Part shown: in pieces, positions 15,001-30,000 of the stretch
How positions within the stretch are numbered: position 1 is the stretch's first letter
Layout of the letters: each line of letters opens with the position of its first letter
Assembly: GCA_040182905.1 (NCBI GenBank)
Contig: JARQWU010000057.1
Span: forward strand, 1-46,142
DNA from: Barthelona sp. PAP020
Lineage: Eukaryota
Reading direction: 5' to 3'
DNA length: 46,142 bases
Translations under genes and position numbers: made by a program
Notes under the pieces: model-generated
What the model saw: the letters and a program-made list of their open reading frames with translations, nothing else
Databases searched by the model: none
Told to the model about the DNA's origin: nothing

Positions 15001-18000
15001 ATTACATAAGAACCATTCCAATTTAAGGTTTGAGCGTTAAGGGTACCATATGAAGTCATAGCCAAACTGTTATCAGATGTGCTATCACCAACAACATTAA
15101 CATACGTGGCATTCAATGTACCATCTGATGAAAATTCACCCTTTTGAAGTCTAAGTTCTTCAGTAATCTCAGTTGGATAGCAACCTTGGATTAAAGTACC
15201 ACCATTCAACCAAATAGAAGGAAGAGAGTACAATTCAATATTTGTATTACCACCTGTAATTTCAATAGCTGCAGTTCCAGCAATAGTAGATTCTCTAAAA
15301 TAGAAATCACCAGCTGCAACTTCAAACCATCCATCTTCTGCACCAGTTGTATCAGCAGTGGAGCGGAAAACACCAATAGCACCTTCGAAAATAATTTTAG
15401 CCTTTCTTGGAATAATTACCAAAGAAGTTTTGAAATCTAAGGCAGAAACACCACCAAATCTAAGTGTAGCAGCGGTAGTAGCATGTCCTTCAATTCTTGT
15501 ATTCAGTTCATTATTTGTACCATTAGATGCCAAGGAACCTTCATTGAGGTAAAGAATACCTCCATTTTGAACAAAACCTCCAGTAGCTGAGAGAGTAATG
15601 ACAGAAGAACCAAATTTGTACACATCATCGTATGCTTCAATCAAAAGATTTCCCAACCAATCAACTGAACCAGCAAGATTCAAACGATCATGAGTTTCTA
15701 ATACCCAAGCAGCTCGATCATTGTATGACATGGAAGCATTATTTTGAGGAATTAAATCAACTGGACAATATGAAATCCATGTGAAGGGATCTGTAGCTCT
15801 AATGTTTCCAGAAGTCCATTGAGCTGAAGATACAGTATTTTGAGTAATTAAAGTACCAGAGAGAAGTGTTTTGTTACGAGGTGAATCAATGAATAAACTT
15901 GTAGAAACTGTGATGGAAGACAGTAATGCACCAGAAATGGTCAATGTGTCCAACTCAAAACGGTCAACGGTCAAATCAAAATCACCTCTAAGAGTACCAG
16001 ATTCTTTAGCTGATCCATCGCTTTCAAAACTGGGCAAACCATACAACAAACCGATGTTACATTCAACATCAATTGCAACGTCTGCAGTTTTGATGAACAA
16101 ATTGGAAATATTACAACTTGAAGATTTTACTAACAAAGTACCATCAACAGCTTGTACCGTAGCATTTCCGGTTATTGACTGAATGTCAAAAATACCATAA
16201 ACAGTTGTGTAACCATCAAATTCATAATATCCATCACCTGCAAGAATACTATCATCATAAATAGTTGCAGTTGAAGTGTTAACGAAAGAAATTGTGCTAC
16301 CATCAGTAACATTCATTATACCATAACATTCAACAACATCATGGAAGTAAACAATACCATTATCACTGTAAATGAAACCAGACTCTTTAATAGTAATTGG
16401 AGAATAAACATTAAGAGTGCTATCTTCAATTGAACGAATTGTACCATTTTCCTTGACAATGAAAGAGGAATAAGTTGAATAAGTTGTTATATTTGTCATA
16501 GAACTATCAGCAATGCGAAGTTCATCTTCAATCAACATTGATGCATCATCAAAAAGAGTAATATTTGCTCCTTCAGCAAATAAGATTCCTTGAGAAACAA
16601 TAGAACCTTTTCCAACGACTTCAATGTTTTCTTGAAGATGTCCTTCCTTTGTTTCATGAACAATCAAACGAATTCCATCAAGAGTTGCATTTTTAACAAC
16701 GGCACCTTCCAAAATCAAGTCACCAATACCTTCTAAATCGACTTTATAAATGACAGATGATGCACCAAGTGTTAAAGCACCATTTACAACAATTTGTCCT
16801 TCATAAACAGCCAAATTATCAAAAGATAAGTCCCAATAATCCAAATCAAACACACCACCATACATTTTAAAGGTAGTACCAAACGATTCTAAATTGGCAC
16901 CACTACGGAATCTATAATAAGAATCACCTGTACCATTGGACAAGAAACGATCGGACATGATCATATAAGTACCATTCAACACATGAGTTTCACCTTCAAT
17001 TTTAATTTCTGAATTAATAAGAGATGGTTCGCTTGATTGAGAACTAAAACTGAAAATACCATTACCAAGCAATTTGGAATCAGAAATCAGATTACACAAG
17101 TCAAATTGGATTTTACCATCAAGAGAAGCATTGAAAATACCAGCAGATGCAATAGGTGATAAAGTGGAAGAACCAATAATTAGAGTACCTTTAGTAACAT
17201 TGAAGAATGAATTTGTACCACCAATAATATTCCAAGCTAACAAAACTTCCATTTCCGAATCTAAAACAAGATTTCCATTTTGATATAAGATACCTTGATT
17301 GGTAGTATTAAATTCACACAAATCAGTACCACCTTTTTTGAATTCGATTGAACCGTAATTTGTGAAATAAGAGTTATCAGCAGTTAATGCGATGCTTCCA
17401 AAAACAAAATAACCATAATTGATAAATTGAATGTCAGATTTCAACATAACAGGAACACTGGTATCAGTAGAATTCATGAGAGAATTACCTGAGATGTTAC
17501 ACAGACCAACACCATCAAAGACAGCACCAGAACCGACAATAAGTTCACCAGTTAATTGTAAAGTACCATCATTGACAATAAGACCATATGTCGTTAAATT
17601 CTTGAGTTCAACATGTGAAGAAGTAACTGTCATTTGACTGGTTGAATCAATCAAACTGACAGCTGCTTGTCTGGTTAAGACATTTTTGAAAACAATATTA
17701 GAATTGTCAGAGAAGGAGAAAACCATATGTTCAATTGCATCACTTGAATAGGATGTGAATGTTTGAATATTCAAAATAGCATTTTCGATGAAAACAACAG
17801 TTGAAGTAATATCAAAAATACCATTGGAATCAAAAACATGATTTCCAGAAACTTCAATGTAACCTTCTCCAGTAATAAGACCTGTGGGATTATTGGTGAA
17901 CACACCATCTTCTCCACAAATTAATGAACCATCGGCAGTAATATTGACAGTTTTATCATTTTCAAATTGTCCAACAAAAGTGAACTCACTTTCGATGACA

Positions 18001-21000
18001 AAATCATTTTGATTTTGAATAAAGACTGAAATTTCTAAATCACCAGTAACAACAATACGTCCCAAATTGGTTAAATAACCAGGACTAGCAACATCTGTAA
18101 AAATAGAGTATCCAGAAGATGACATTTGGAATTCACCAGTTGCTGCAACAATTATCTTGAAATATGATTCAACAGTGATATTACCTGAATTCCATTCTAA
18201 TTGTTTTTCAATAATCAAAGAACCTGAAGAGAATGTTTTCTCATCATCACCTTCAATAACAACACTTTTTTTGGCAGATAATTCTCCTAATCCCATCCAA
18301 TCAACACTTTGAATTGTCAATAACTCATCAACACTTGTATCATCATCAATTACAACAGTACCACCAACAATGGTGAATTCTTGTACAATTTCAACTTTAG
18401 CAAAAATAATTTTTGCTTTTGAGAAATCTAAATTTGAAGCAGTGTTCGGATCGGAAGCATTAAACCAAGCAGTATAATCAAGTCTAATATTACTAATTTT
18501 GGTCAAATATGGTCTAGAAAATTCAACAACACCACCACTTACATTTAATAAAGTGGAATTCGATTCAGAGAAATTTAATTCTCCAGTAAATTCAACATAG
18601 TTCTCTTCTGATTTGGAATAATTGGCAACAACATTAAATGAACTCTCATTATAGAAATTGATCACACCAGCTTGATGATAAAATTCACCAGTATGAATAT
18701 GAATTGAAGCATCGTCAAACAAATCAAATGTACCATAATTATTTGCTTCTAAAGACTCAAATAACATGATGTTATCTTCGGTTATTAATGTGTAACCATC
18801 AGAAAGTTGATTAAATTTATGTTCAAACACAATAGGACGAGTTTGATTAATAAAACCTGAATTTTCAAAAGGAATAGAAAAAGTAACATTTTCAGAATAT
18901 TCATTGAACATGCGTCCGGTTGAATCAATAGCAAAGAGTGTCTCAGTTAATAAAACATTCTCTGATGATTCAGGTTTCAAATTAACATAACCTTCAAAAA
19001 CAACATCTCCGCTGACAAGAATATTACCACCAGATTTAAATTCAATTGTGGTTGTGTTAATGAAGACACTATTCTCAAAAATGAGCTGTCTTTCATCCAA
19101 AATTTTAACTGAATCTGATGTGATTGTAGAAACAGCTTGTGATCTGATGAAACCTTCACCCTTAATAGTTCCACCATACCAGTTGAAATTGGTGGTAATG
19201 ATGAATGATGATGAAGATTCAACAACACCTTCAGCCAAATTCAAAGTGACAATCTTACAATCACCAGCACAAGTAACAGTACCACCAGCAACATCAACAA
19301 AACCTTGAGTTTCACCAGTTGATAAATATTCAAATATTGAAGTGCCAGTTCTTTTACCAACACGAATTGTGGGAATATCCATAATACCACCCATTTTAAC
19401 GGTACCTTGTAACAAAGTGAAATTACCCAAACCAGTCATTCGTGATAATTCATGATAATAAACAACTTTAGTGGTGTCAATTATCAATTTGGAATCACTT
19501 TGCATCATATGAATAAGGGAACCAGTATATAATTCCATGTAACCTGTAATTTCAATATCTGTATATTTGGTCATATTAATAGTACCATGATTCAATACAT
19601 TCCAATTGGTTGAAATGTTGTAGGCATTATTATTATTATCGCCAATAAATTCTCCAGTAATTAAACCACTTTCATAATTAATCAAGGAACAATGTTCACT
19701 GGTACCCATTGACAAATACATTTTGTTGCTTATATCAACAGCCAAGAAAATAAGTTGGTTGTGATTTCTTATACCACCATAAGTATAACATTGTATTGAT
19801 TTTTCAATCTTTAATGTACCATGATTGTGAATCTGGGCATACAAATAATCAGTTGTCAAATCAGATCTGATCAGACCTTCAGCTGTACTTGCTAAAATGA
19901 GATAAGATGTTTTGGTAATATCACCATGAACCCAATCAAAAGATTTATGAACCATGATTGCATCATATAACTGCAATTCATGAGTTAATAACCATTCATC
20001 CATAATTAAATTCTGTACATGGGTAAAACTACTCACGTTAACAATAGCATTAGCAGAGATAAACAAAACATCAATGTATTCATCATAAGTAGGTTGAGTA
20101 CCTGCCAATCGTAATTCACCGTTATAGACAGAAATATTTCCTTCAAAATGAGACTCAGATTCAAGCATAAGTACACCATTATTCAAAATGAAATGACCAT
20201 TTCCTTCTAAAATACCTCTAAATGTGGTAAAATGATGTACACTAGCTGTAAGAACATTGATATATCCATTAATATTGGCATAATCACTAACTAACGCAAA
20301 TTTGACAAAATTAATTCCTTCTCCATTATGAATGAAGCTATTCATACGAATTTCAGAATCAATAGTTGAATTTTCACCAGTAAATTCAGTATGGTTGAGT
20401 CTCAACAAACCATCACCTGTGGATTCAACAGGACCAACAATATTAGTATAACCAGATGAAACAATGAATGAAGTTTTAATATCACGAATCTCCAAATAAT
20501 AAGAATACATAACTAAATCAATGGTTGAATTCACCCAAGTAAAGTTGTGTGTATAAATACTTTGTTCCAAAACAAAAGTAGCATTAGTAACGTTTAATAA
20601 TTGAGTTGTGACAGGATTAGATCCATTAATGATAACGTTATCACTTACAAATGTCTCCTCAACAAACAAAGGTGCATCGACATGTAAGAGTGAATCTCCT
20701 GAAATTTCAAGATGATCAATTTCAATTCTGCCATTGTAATATGGAATATGAACAGCACCATCATTGATAAATACATTTTCAAAACTGTTTGTATTGTTTG
20801 GTGCAAAATGAACAATGGAATTGAGGGTTCTTTCAACAAAATAAATCTCAGAAAGATCAAGATTTTGAGGATGGAAATGTAAGCCCCAACCTCCAAGTTT
20901 CAAAGAACCTCCACCAACTATGTTGGATGAAGAACCAACAAATGAACCTGTTTGATAGAAGATAGGTTGAATATTATAATAAGAAGAAGGTTTGAAATTA

Positions 21001-24000
21001 ACAATAGGACTGTCCAAATAATAAATTCTTGAAACACTGGGTGCCAATGTTAAAGAAGAAGTTGCATCAATGAATGCTTGACATTTCATTTGAATTCTAC
21101 CTCCAAATCTCAAAGTAGAAGAACTCAAAACTTGAATTGAAACCTCAGCATCATCATCAAAAACAACACCAGCTTCAATAGAAGAATTGAAACCATTTTC
21201 AGAAATGATATGATTGTTAAAATGGAAAACAGTATTATCATCTGACAATTGAGAAGAAACAAGAGAAACATCACCAGTTACACCAACAGTGACATTCTTG
21301 TGGAAACGTACTGAAGCAGATTGTCCAATTTCAATGAAACCCTTTTTGAAACGGAATTCTCCAAAGAATTCCATGGAAACATTAGCAATATATGCATCTT
21401 CAAAATCATTTTCAAAGTATGAATCTTCAATAACATAAACAGTAGATTGTCCATCAAATCCACCCGAAATCCAGTTCAAATTAGAAATGGTAACACTTCC
21501 TTCAGCGTTATTAATAACACTACCGTTTGTAAGTGTCACAGTATCAACAACCATTTCAAAAGTACCAGAAAGATGATATAGAGCACCCGAACGATCAACA
21601 TTCATTGTAAACCTGCTAACATCTGTAAAATTAGGAGAGAACACACCTCCATTGATTTCAATTGTAGGAGAAATTGAATTTTCAATTGAAGAATTGAACA
21701 AAGCAGTAATACCAGGATAGATTTCAATGATACCATCGCCTTCAATTTTAGAATTTGCAATATAAAGAATAGAATCAATATTACGGTCTTCAAATTCAGC
21801 AAATGAACTGAAATTAGAATAACCACCAAATGAACCAGCAGTATCAATAGAAACACTTGCATTTTTAACATAACCATGATCCAAGAAAAGAGTTGAACCA
21901 GCAAAAACACTAATAATGAGGTCATTGCAAGTAGATTCTACACCTTTCATAAAAGCAAAGGTAGTGGCAGATAGAGTGTTCAAAGTTGTTTCAGAATCAG
22001 TGATCAATTGTGATCCAATACCAAACAAACCACACTCTCCAATACAATCAAAACTCAAAACGTTATGAACGATAAAACCAGATCCTTCAGTAGAATCTTC
22101 AAAACCACAGAAACCAGCTTTAACAATGATATTATCAGCTTCAATCCATAAACCATCTGGCCAATCACCATCCAATGAACAATTGAAGTAAACATCTTTT
22201 TCAAATACTGGAGTCGTACCAACAAATCTAGTGTTTCTTAATGTCACATCTTCAGTGAAAACAGGTATCCAACCTGCAAAATCAATCGTACCAAAACCTA
22301 AGCTCCAATCATATGGAATTTCAAAGTGTTGACAAACATTTTGGTCAAGACATCCAATGTTAACAACACCATCATCATTAATCAATTTCAAATCTTTCAA
22401 ATCTATTGAGCTGATATCATAAATATCCAAATTACCAGATAAAACACCCAAATTAGATTCAATACCAGAATTGGGTAGAATAACAAAACTGTCATTTGCA
22501 ATAATGAAACCTGTACCAACAAGTTTACCCTTTCCAATAATGGAAGGCTTTTCTAAAATAATTGTACCATTGTTTTCAATGTAACCAATAGAATTTAAAG
22601 ATCCAAGTGTAATTTCAACATTTTCTTCAACAGTCAAGTTGGCGAATTCATGAATGTATGTACTGAGGAAAGTACAAGAAGATGTCACCTCCAAAGTACC
22701 ATTTACAATGATACGTTGTGGAAGATCTTCATTATAACTTGCGTATGTATGTGGAACAGATAAATCATTGGTAGTAAAACTGCTTGAAATCTTCAAAGTA
22801 CCAGCAATGAACATTCTAAAATATCCAGAAATATCGAATTGAGCATATGCAAATTCAAACACACCAGTATCCATAACATGAATACGAATGTCAGAAAGTG
22901 CAATAACTCTTCCAGGTGCACCAATAACAGCTGTTTGATGAACTATGATAGTACCAAATCCAGTAATATTGGTGTTATCATTTAGACCAATGAAAAGATG
23001 TTCAGTTTCAAAAATACCATTAACTTCAAGGAAACCATCAAGTCTCAATTCGTCATTTACTTTCACCAAAACATCTTGATACAATTTCATTTCTCCATCA
23101 CATCTCCAAGCAAGGTTTGCAACTTCAACATCATGAACAATTCTCAATTCCAAATCATTTGAAATAGATTGAATGATAACTGAATCATCAGTACGAGGAT
23201 AAGTTTTTAAATCCCATGAGTATGGATTTCCATGCCATTCACCATTACTGTGGACAAAATTAAAGGTGGAAGTGGCCAACAATTGATCACAACGATTACC
23301 TGTATATCCATTTGGACACAAACAAGAACCAGCAATACAATAACCAGTACCACAACCAGCACAACCTACGCCACTACAATCTTCATTTTCATATTCATCA
23401 GTACATTGACAAACATCTGAAGCAACACATGTTCCTTGAGAAGTGAAAGAACTACAATCATGGTAACATTGAGATTTTTCAACATAAAGATAATTTCCAG
23501 CTGTATTGAACAATGGTCTATAGTATAAGGTATCATTGTATTCAGGAATATTGTGAGAAATTAAATATCTGGAAGAACTTCTTAATGTTGGAATGTAACC
23601 TAATACGGTTCTACCAGAAGATAAAGGATTTTCTTCAACTTCCATTTCAACAGATCCACCCCAATAACCTGAAGATCCATACATTTCAATATAAGAATCG
23701 CTGATGATCTTTGCCCTGTATGTACCAGAATCGAGTAAAAACATGTTTGCAAATGCATAATTTGTACTCAAACAGCTAGAATCTTTTTCAACCAAATTAT
23801 AATTCCATAAATAGATAGAATCTGTTCTGCCAGCTCTAAATGTACCATAATTGGAAACATAAGTGCTGAGTAATCTGGCACTTGTACAAGTTGACTCGGT
23901 AAAATCAATTCTACCATAGTTTTCAATCTTTGTTCCATAAATACGATTATTTGTAATGTTAATCAAACCAAGATTGATAACTAAACATTGAATATAGGTA

Positions 24001-27000
24001 TAATAGGTGCTTGTTTTGTCAGACGTTATTTGACCATCAGGTAAGACAATAATTCTTCCTTCACCATCAAATCTAGGTGAATCAAAAGTATTGTTCACAT
24101 ATATTTCACCTTTAAATGTAATTTTGTTAATTTGATAAGATTGATCATTTCTCCAAGAAGCAGCAAGTATCATAACAACAGGTTCTTGTATTCCCCAATC
24201 AGGAGTGTCATAATAACTGCTTGTTGCTTGTGTCCAATTCATTTCCTTATTAAACACAAATACACCTCCTTCAAATTGAGGATAGAAACGAGGTGATAAT
24301 CTTTCAAGGTCTGTAATATCATTGTTAAAAATGGTTGTACCATTCTTGGAATGGAATTTTGGATGAGTAGATCCAACAGCAGTGCTGATCATTGATACAT
24401 TTTCCCCAAAAATGTTTTCATTGTAAAGATAAATGTAAATATTTGACAATCTCCAAGTCAACTCAACAAAGACAGAATTATCAACAATAGCAGACATAAC
24501 ACCAGAATAAACATAAATTGATGTTGTTGTGTTGCATTGAGTAAAATTAACACCATTGTGATTCTTGAAACCACCGTTAGACATCAAATGAAGTCTCAAT
24601 TCCTTTGTTGTGGAATTGAAATGAGAATCACCACCTAACAATTGATACCAATAAATGTCCAAATAAGAATAACTTCCACTGACATGATTAAACATCCACG
24701 TACCAGTAGAATACAAATCATTCTTATCACCACCATCACCACCATAGAAATACAGAATTCTATAAAATCCAGAAGTTTCAAAATGTCCCTCATTCAAAAT
24801 GTAACAATAAAGATACAAATAAGTATCGGTCTTTGCAACAGTCATATTGGCACCTTCTTTAATGTGAATGATACCATTAGAAGATGAACTACCAAAACTA
24901 GATGAGCTAGTAAAGAGGAAAAGAGAGCCAGATTCCAAAGTGATCTTTGCATCATCTCTCAAATGTAAATTCATGCCACCAGTAACATTGACATTCTTTT
25001 CAATAATAATCTCAATAGAATAAAGATAAACATTGTATGCGTTGGTCCAAATTGATGGTTCATGCAATAATAACTGTCCATTTCCACGAATATAACCTTG
25101 TTTCAAATTAAATGGACCATTAACTTCAATTACAACGTTTTCACCAACCCACAATTGAGCATTAGCACTATCTAAAGTGAAGTAAGGCAATTTCACAATT
25201 CTATTTGTCTGAGGATATGATACAGCAGGTGATAAGAAATGTAAGTTCAAACCAGAACTTGCTTCAATTATTAATGGGAACACATTAGTGTCTGAATCCT
25301 CATCAAAATACAAGTGATGTTCAGCGGTGGAAGAATAATCTGGCCAGTTTCTCAATTGAGTACGTATCAAATAACTATGACCATAAACTGGTTTAATAAT
25401 AGCATTAAATATACAATCAATAAATTGAACAACAACATCAGTGCTTTCCACATAAATTAAATGACCTGGTCCATCAAATAAAACATTTCTAACTTGATGA
25501 ATAGCACCTCCAGAAGAACGGAATCTCAACAGACCGGTGTCTCTTATGATAACACGCGTTTCATTAAAGACAGAATTTGCATATAATATCAAAGAATTTT
25601 TCATAATTCTGATACCTCTACCATCAAATTCCTCAGAAACATCATGGAAATCCCAATATGTAATCAAAGAATTCTTATCAAGTAAAACTTCATTACGATT
25701 TTCAAATAAGGGCTCCATATATGAGGAACAACTTCCTGAACCACAACGAAGAGTAAAATATGTGTTATGAATCAAATTGTAATTGATAAATCTAATTGAA
25801 TGCTTAAAACTGGCATGAGCATCAAATATTGCTTGACTTGTTGCCTGCACAGACCCATAATTGTTCAAAGTAATGTTACCATACATTCCCAAAATTGGAG
25901 TACTAGCATAGAAATCAATCATTCCTGTGTTGTCGAATACGGCATTTGTACCATAAAAATATACACTTCCGTAGATATAAATTGTACCAATGTTCTCTGT
26001 AAATTCAGACAAATAGAAAACATAATCATAATTCAATATGTTTTCTCCAGAGAATATCAAATTAACGCCAGGATCAACATAAAAACTAATTTTTTCATAA
26101 GTTTGAGAGGACATAACAGTATGTTGCTCTACAAAAGTAAAATTAACAGTTGATGCTTCAAGAACATTTCCTTCCAGAGAATTGATCTTGTTCACCAAAT
26201 AGACTTGTTTCATATCCTTTTCAACAGCTGTTGAATAATAATTATAATAATATCCATCGCTACTATACGCTTTGACAAATGCACCTCTGGCAGTGGCATT
26301 GAAGAATTGAGGATCATTGGTAATCAATTTACCACTGCTCAAATGAATATTAAAACGTTTGGTTTTTTCAATATTCCACGTCATACCTTCTTCAAAAATG
26401 AACTCTACTTCTGGAGTTAAGGCCCAATTATCACGATAACTATCACCCAAAACCAAACCAACACCATAACCAAGATCAACAGGCTTATCCATATAGACAT
26501 CAAGAATGAAATCCTTTGTAAAACGTGCACCATATTTCAAAGCAATTTTAACAATCACCTCAATATTATTACTGTATGGTTCAATGGGACGGCCATCCGT
26601 AATTGATGCATTATAAGCATCTCTAATTTCCATACGTCCTTCAAAAATAGCTGGAACAGCAATAAATGAATGATAAGCTGAACTTCTATCCCAATATGCA
26701 TACGTGCCATATTGAGTGTATTGTTCATTAGCATTGGTGTATCTTCTAATGACAGTTCCTGACTTTTTCAAATGATACAATGATTCATTATAAGAAAAAT
26801 ATCTTCCTCCACAATTGTGATATTGAGAAACAAGAATTTGTTCACCCTTCAATTCGTGAACACCTTCAACAACAATTTCTGAACGTAACAAATACCATCT
26901 TTGAGGATGACTATTGGAAAATTGATTCAATTTTCCAAGATATCCTTGAATAACCAATCTAACTCGACCCAAATAAATTTCCGAATATGTAGAATGAGAA

Positions 27001-30000
27001 TATCCAGCATCAAGTAAATACAATTCAGGCATTGTTTCAACAGTACAGAAATTGGTCAATGTATCATCCCAATTAACTTTACCACCTTGAATAGCCAATT
27101 CTTTCAAATATAATTTGTTTAAAAAGTTTAATTTACCATCTCCATACAGGAACAAATATCTTACTGTCAATTCAAAGTCATACAAATACCAACGACCACC
27201 ATCTCTCAAATGTACTAAATGTTCATCTAAACCATTAACAGTTAATCTGTTCCACAAAGTGACAGGACCGTTATCAGTGGCATTAACATATTCAACACCA
27301 AAATGAACTTTTCCATAAATCAAAAATGTTTCTGAATGATCAACAAAGTTTAATTCACCATAAAAGTGAACGGTTGAAGCTGCAACAACATACAGATAAT
27401 TGACATACAAACGAGAATCTCCTGAAAAATGCAATAACGTATTTTCAATTTGTAAATGACCTTTACTGACATTCATATAACAATTCATTTGCCAATTTAC
27501 TTCATCAGTAGCTGTATTTTGAAGAATTACACGACCATTAGTGGTGATGTTACTTTCTTTTGTAAAATTAAATCTTTGACCAACAAAATACAAAATATAA
27601 GTGTCACTATAACTTGGAAACATAGAAACAATAGTACCATTAATAAAAGCACCACCTTCATCTGTATCCCACTGTTTTGATCCCAAATATGTAACATTTA
27701 ATGTAACACCATTCAACAAAGAAATAGATGATGTACCTTGAGAATAAAAAGAAGCAGTGGTGCTCCATTCACAATCTTGATGGAATTCAAAATGCACGGG
27801 TTCAGATGTGGCAGTATTTGATCTAACATCAAGTCCTTGAACAGAACATGAAGTGGCATTCATGATCACTTTACCAGGACCATAAATAATACCATCATTG
27901 TAATCAAACTCGTCAGTAATTGTCAAAACAGCGTCGTTATACAAATATATGTAAGAAGATGCAGAGTTCATCATCAACTTGCGAATGGTGGTATTTTCGT
28001 AAATATAAAGTTTACCACTGCTGATAAGAACTTCAGGCCAAACAAAATTACCAAAATCTTGAATTGAGAAAGTGGAAGTGGTGGTAGTCAATGACAATTT
28101 TGACTCATCCCAAACAAAATTAACACCTTCATCAAAGACAATTGAACCAGAATCACCAGTTGAAAAATCACCAAAAACGTTAACATCACCTTTGAATAAA
28201 ACTCTACCATATGATACAGTAAATGTACAAGTAGAACTGATTGTTAAATCAACATCTTCAAACACATTTTCTCCCAATAAGGATAAAACAATAGCATTGG
28301 GACCATTCAAATTCATTACACCTTGAATAATTGATCCACCTTTAAATTTCACAGTTTTTGAATTTAAAGAAAAATCAACAACACCATAAGAATAAACAGG
28401 AACATCGAAACCATGATTTGAAGTTCCATTTACAATCATATAATCATAGTTAATAAATTCATTTAATGTAGAACCAGAAACAATGGTAACAGCAGTATCT
28501 GAATTGGCTTCATCAATATACGTACCATAATTAATAAAACTAGTATCATACAAATAGATAATAGATCTATAATTTCTGAAAATATCATTATTAATAAATT
28601 GCTTGTAATAAATATACACATAATCAGCTAAATATGTATAAGCATTCAAAGACACATTACCAGTTCCTAAGAAATATATTTTTTGAAGATGTGTATTGTA
28701 GTCGAATGAAATAGCTGCATCATTAGTTACAGTCACATAACCACTGCCATAACCACTTGCTCCATGAGCAGTAAAGGTACCATTAAATGTATAACTGTAA
28801 GAATGCATATCTAATTGAGCACTTTCACTTAATCTCACATTTCCTAAATTGGCAATGTTGGGTTGAGTATAAGAAGGTTTATAAGGAGCAGTCACATCAG
28901 GATGATGATAATATCCAATAAACATCTTTGAACCTTGACTTAAATACACATGAGAATTGACATTATTGTTATCAAAGGTTCCATAAACATAGATGTGTGC
29001 ATATCTCTTTGCTAATATGTAATAAAGATTTGAGTATCCCAAGAAATAGAAAGTGTCATAACTGGGATCATGAGTCGCGGATGTATCACCTTCATAATCG
29101 AAAATGACCTGTGAATAAGTATGAATGGATGATGTGAAGGTTCCTTCAAATACAGCAAGTCTGGTAAACATAATTGCTGAATTATCCAGATACAACTTAC
29201 CTTCTTCTTTCAAATGGAATTGACCTTGCACTCTTACTGTGTTACTGGTATATGTAGCAATATTCATTCTTCCATAAACTTCAAAAACAAAATTATCTGC
29301 TGGGAAACTGGAAGTAACCATCATGTACGTGGAAGAATCTGCGTAAATATGATTAAAAACACCTGTGTGACCAACCATAACCAAAGAATCTACACCTTGG
29401 AATCTTGATTTTGAATTAGCAGTACCATTCATTACAAAGTTTGAATCACTCAAATAAACACGTGCTTCAGCCGAAAATGTTGTCATAGTTGCACCATAAT
29501 TGACAACAAAAGCAGCTTCTTCAATAATATTCAAGAAATACAAATCACAAGTTACCAAAATGTTAATATCACCAGGTCCATGAATAGTTGCAACAGCAGA
29601 AGTGGAAGAAGCTCCCACAACATAGAAATAATTAACAGTAACAGCATCAGGTACAGTCAAATGTGCCAAATTTTTAATTGTCAATCTGTTAAAATGCATA
29701 TTGGCAGATTTAGTAACAAAATGTTGGTGTGTACAAATTCTTAATTCTTCCACACCATTGACATTCATTGAAAAACCATCATAAATATTCAACCTAGCAG
29801 GATCAACAGTATAAATCCAATTTTCACTGTTTGTGACATAAATACGACCGTAAAATTCAACATCTACATTTGCATATATCTGGTTGGCTGCCCAAATAGT
29901 ATTTTCATCATAGAATTGAATAACACTATCAGATTGGAAGGAAACATAATTTGCACTGGTAGACCTGGCATAAAGCGTACAATTATAAAAGCTAAATTCA

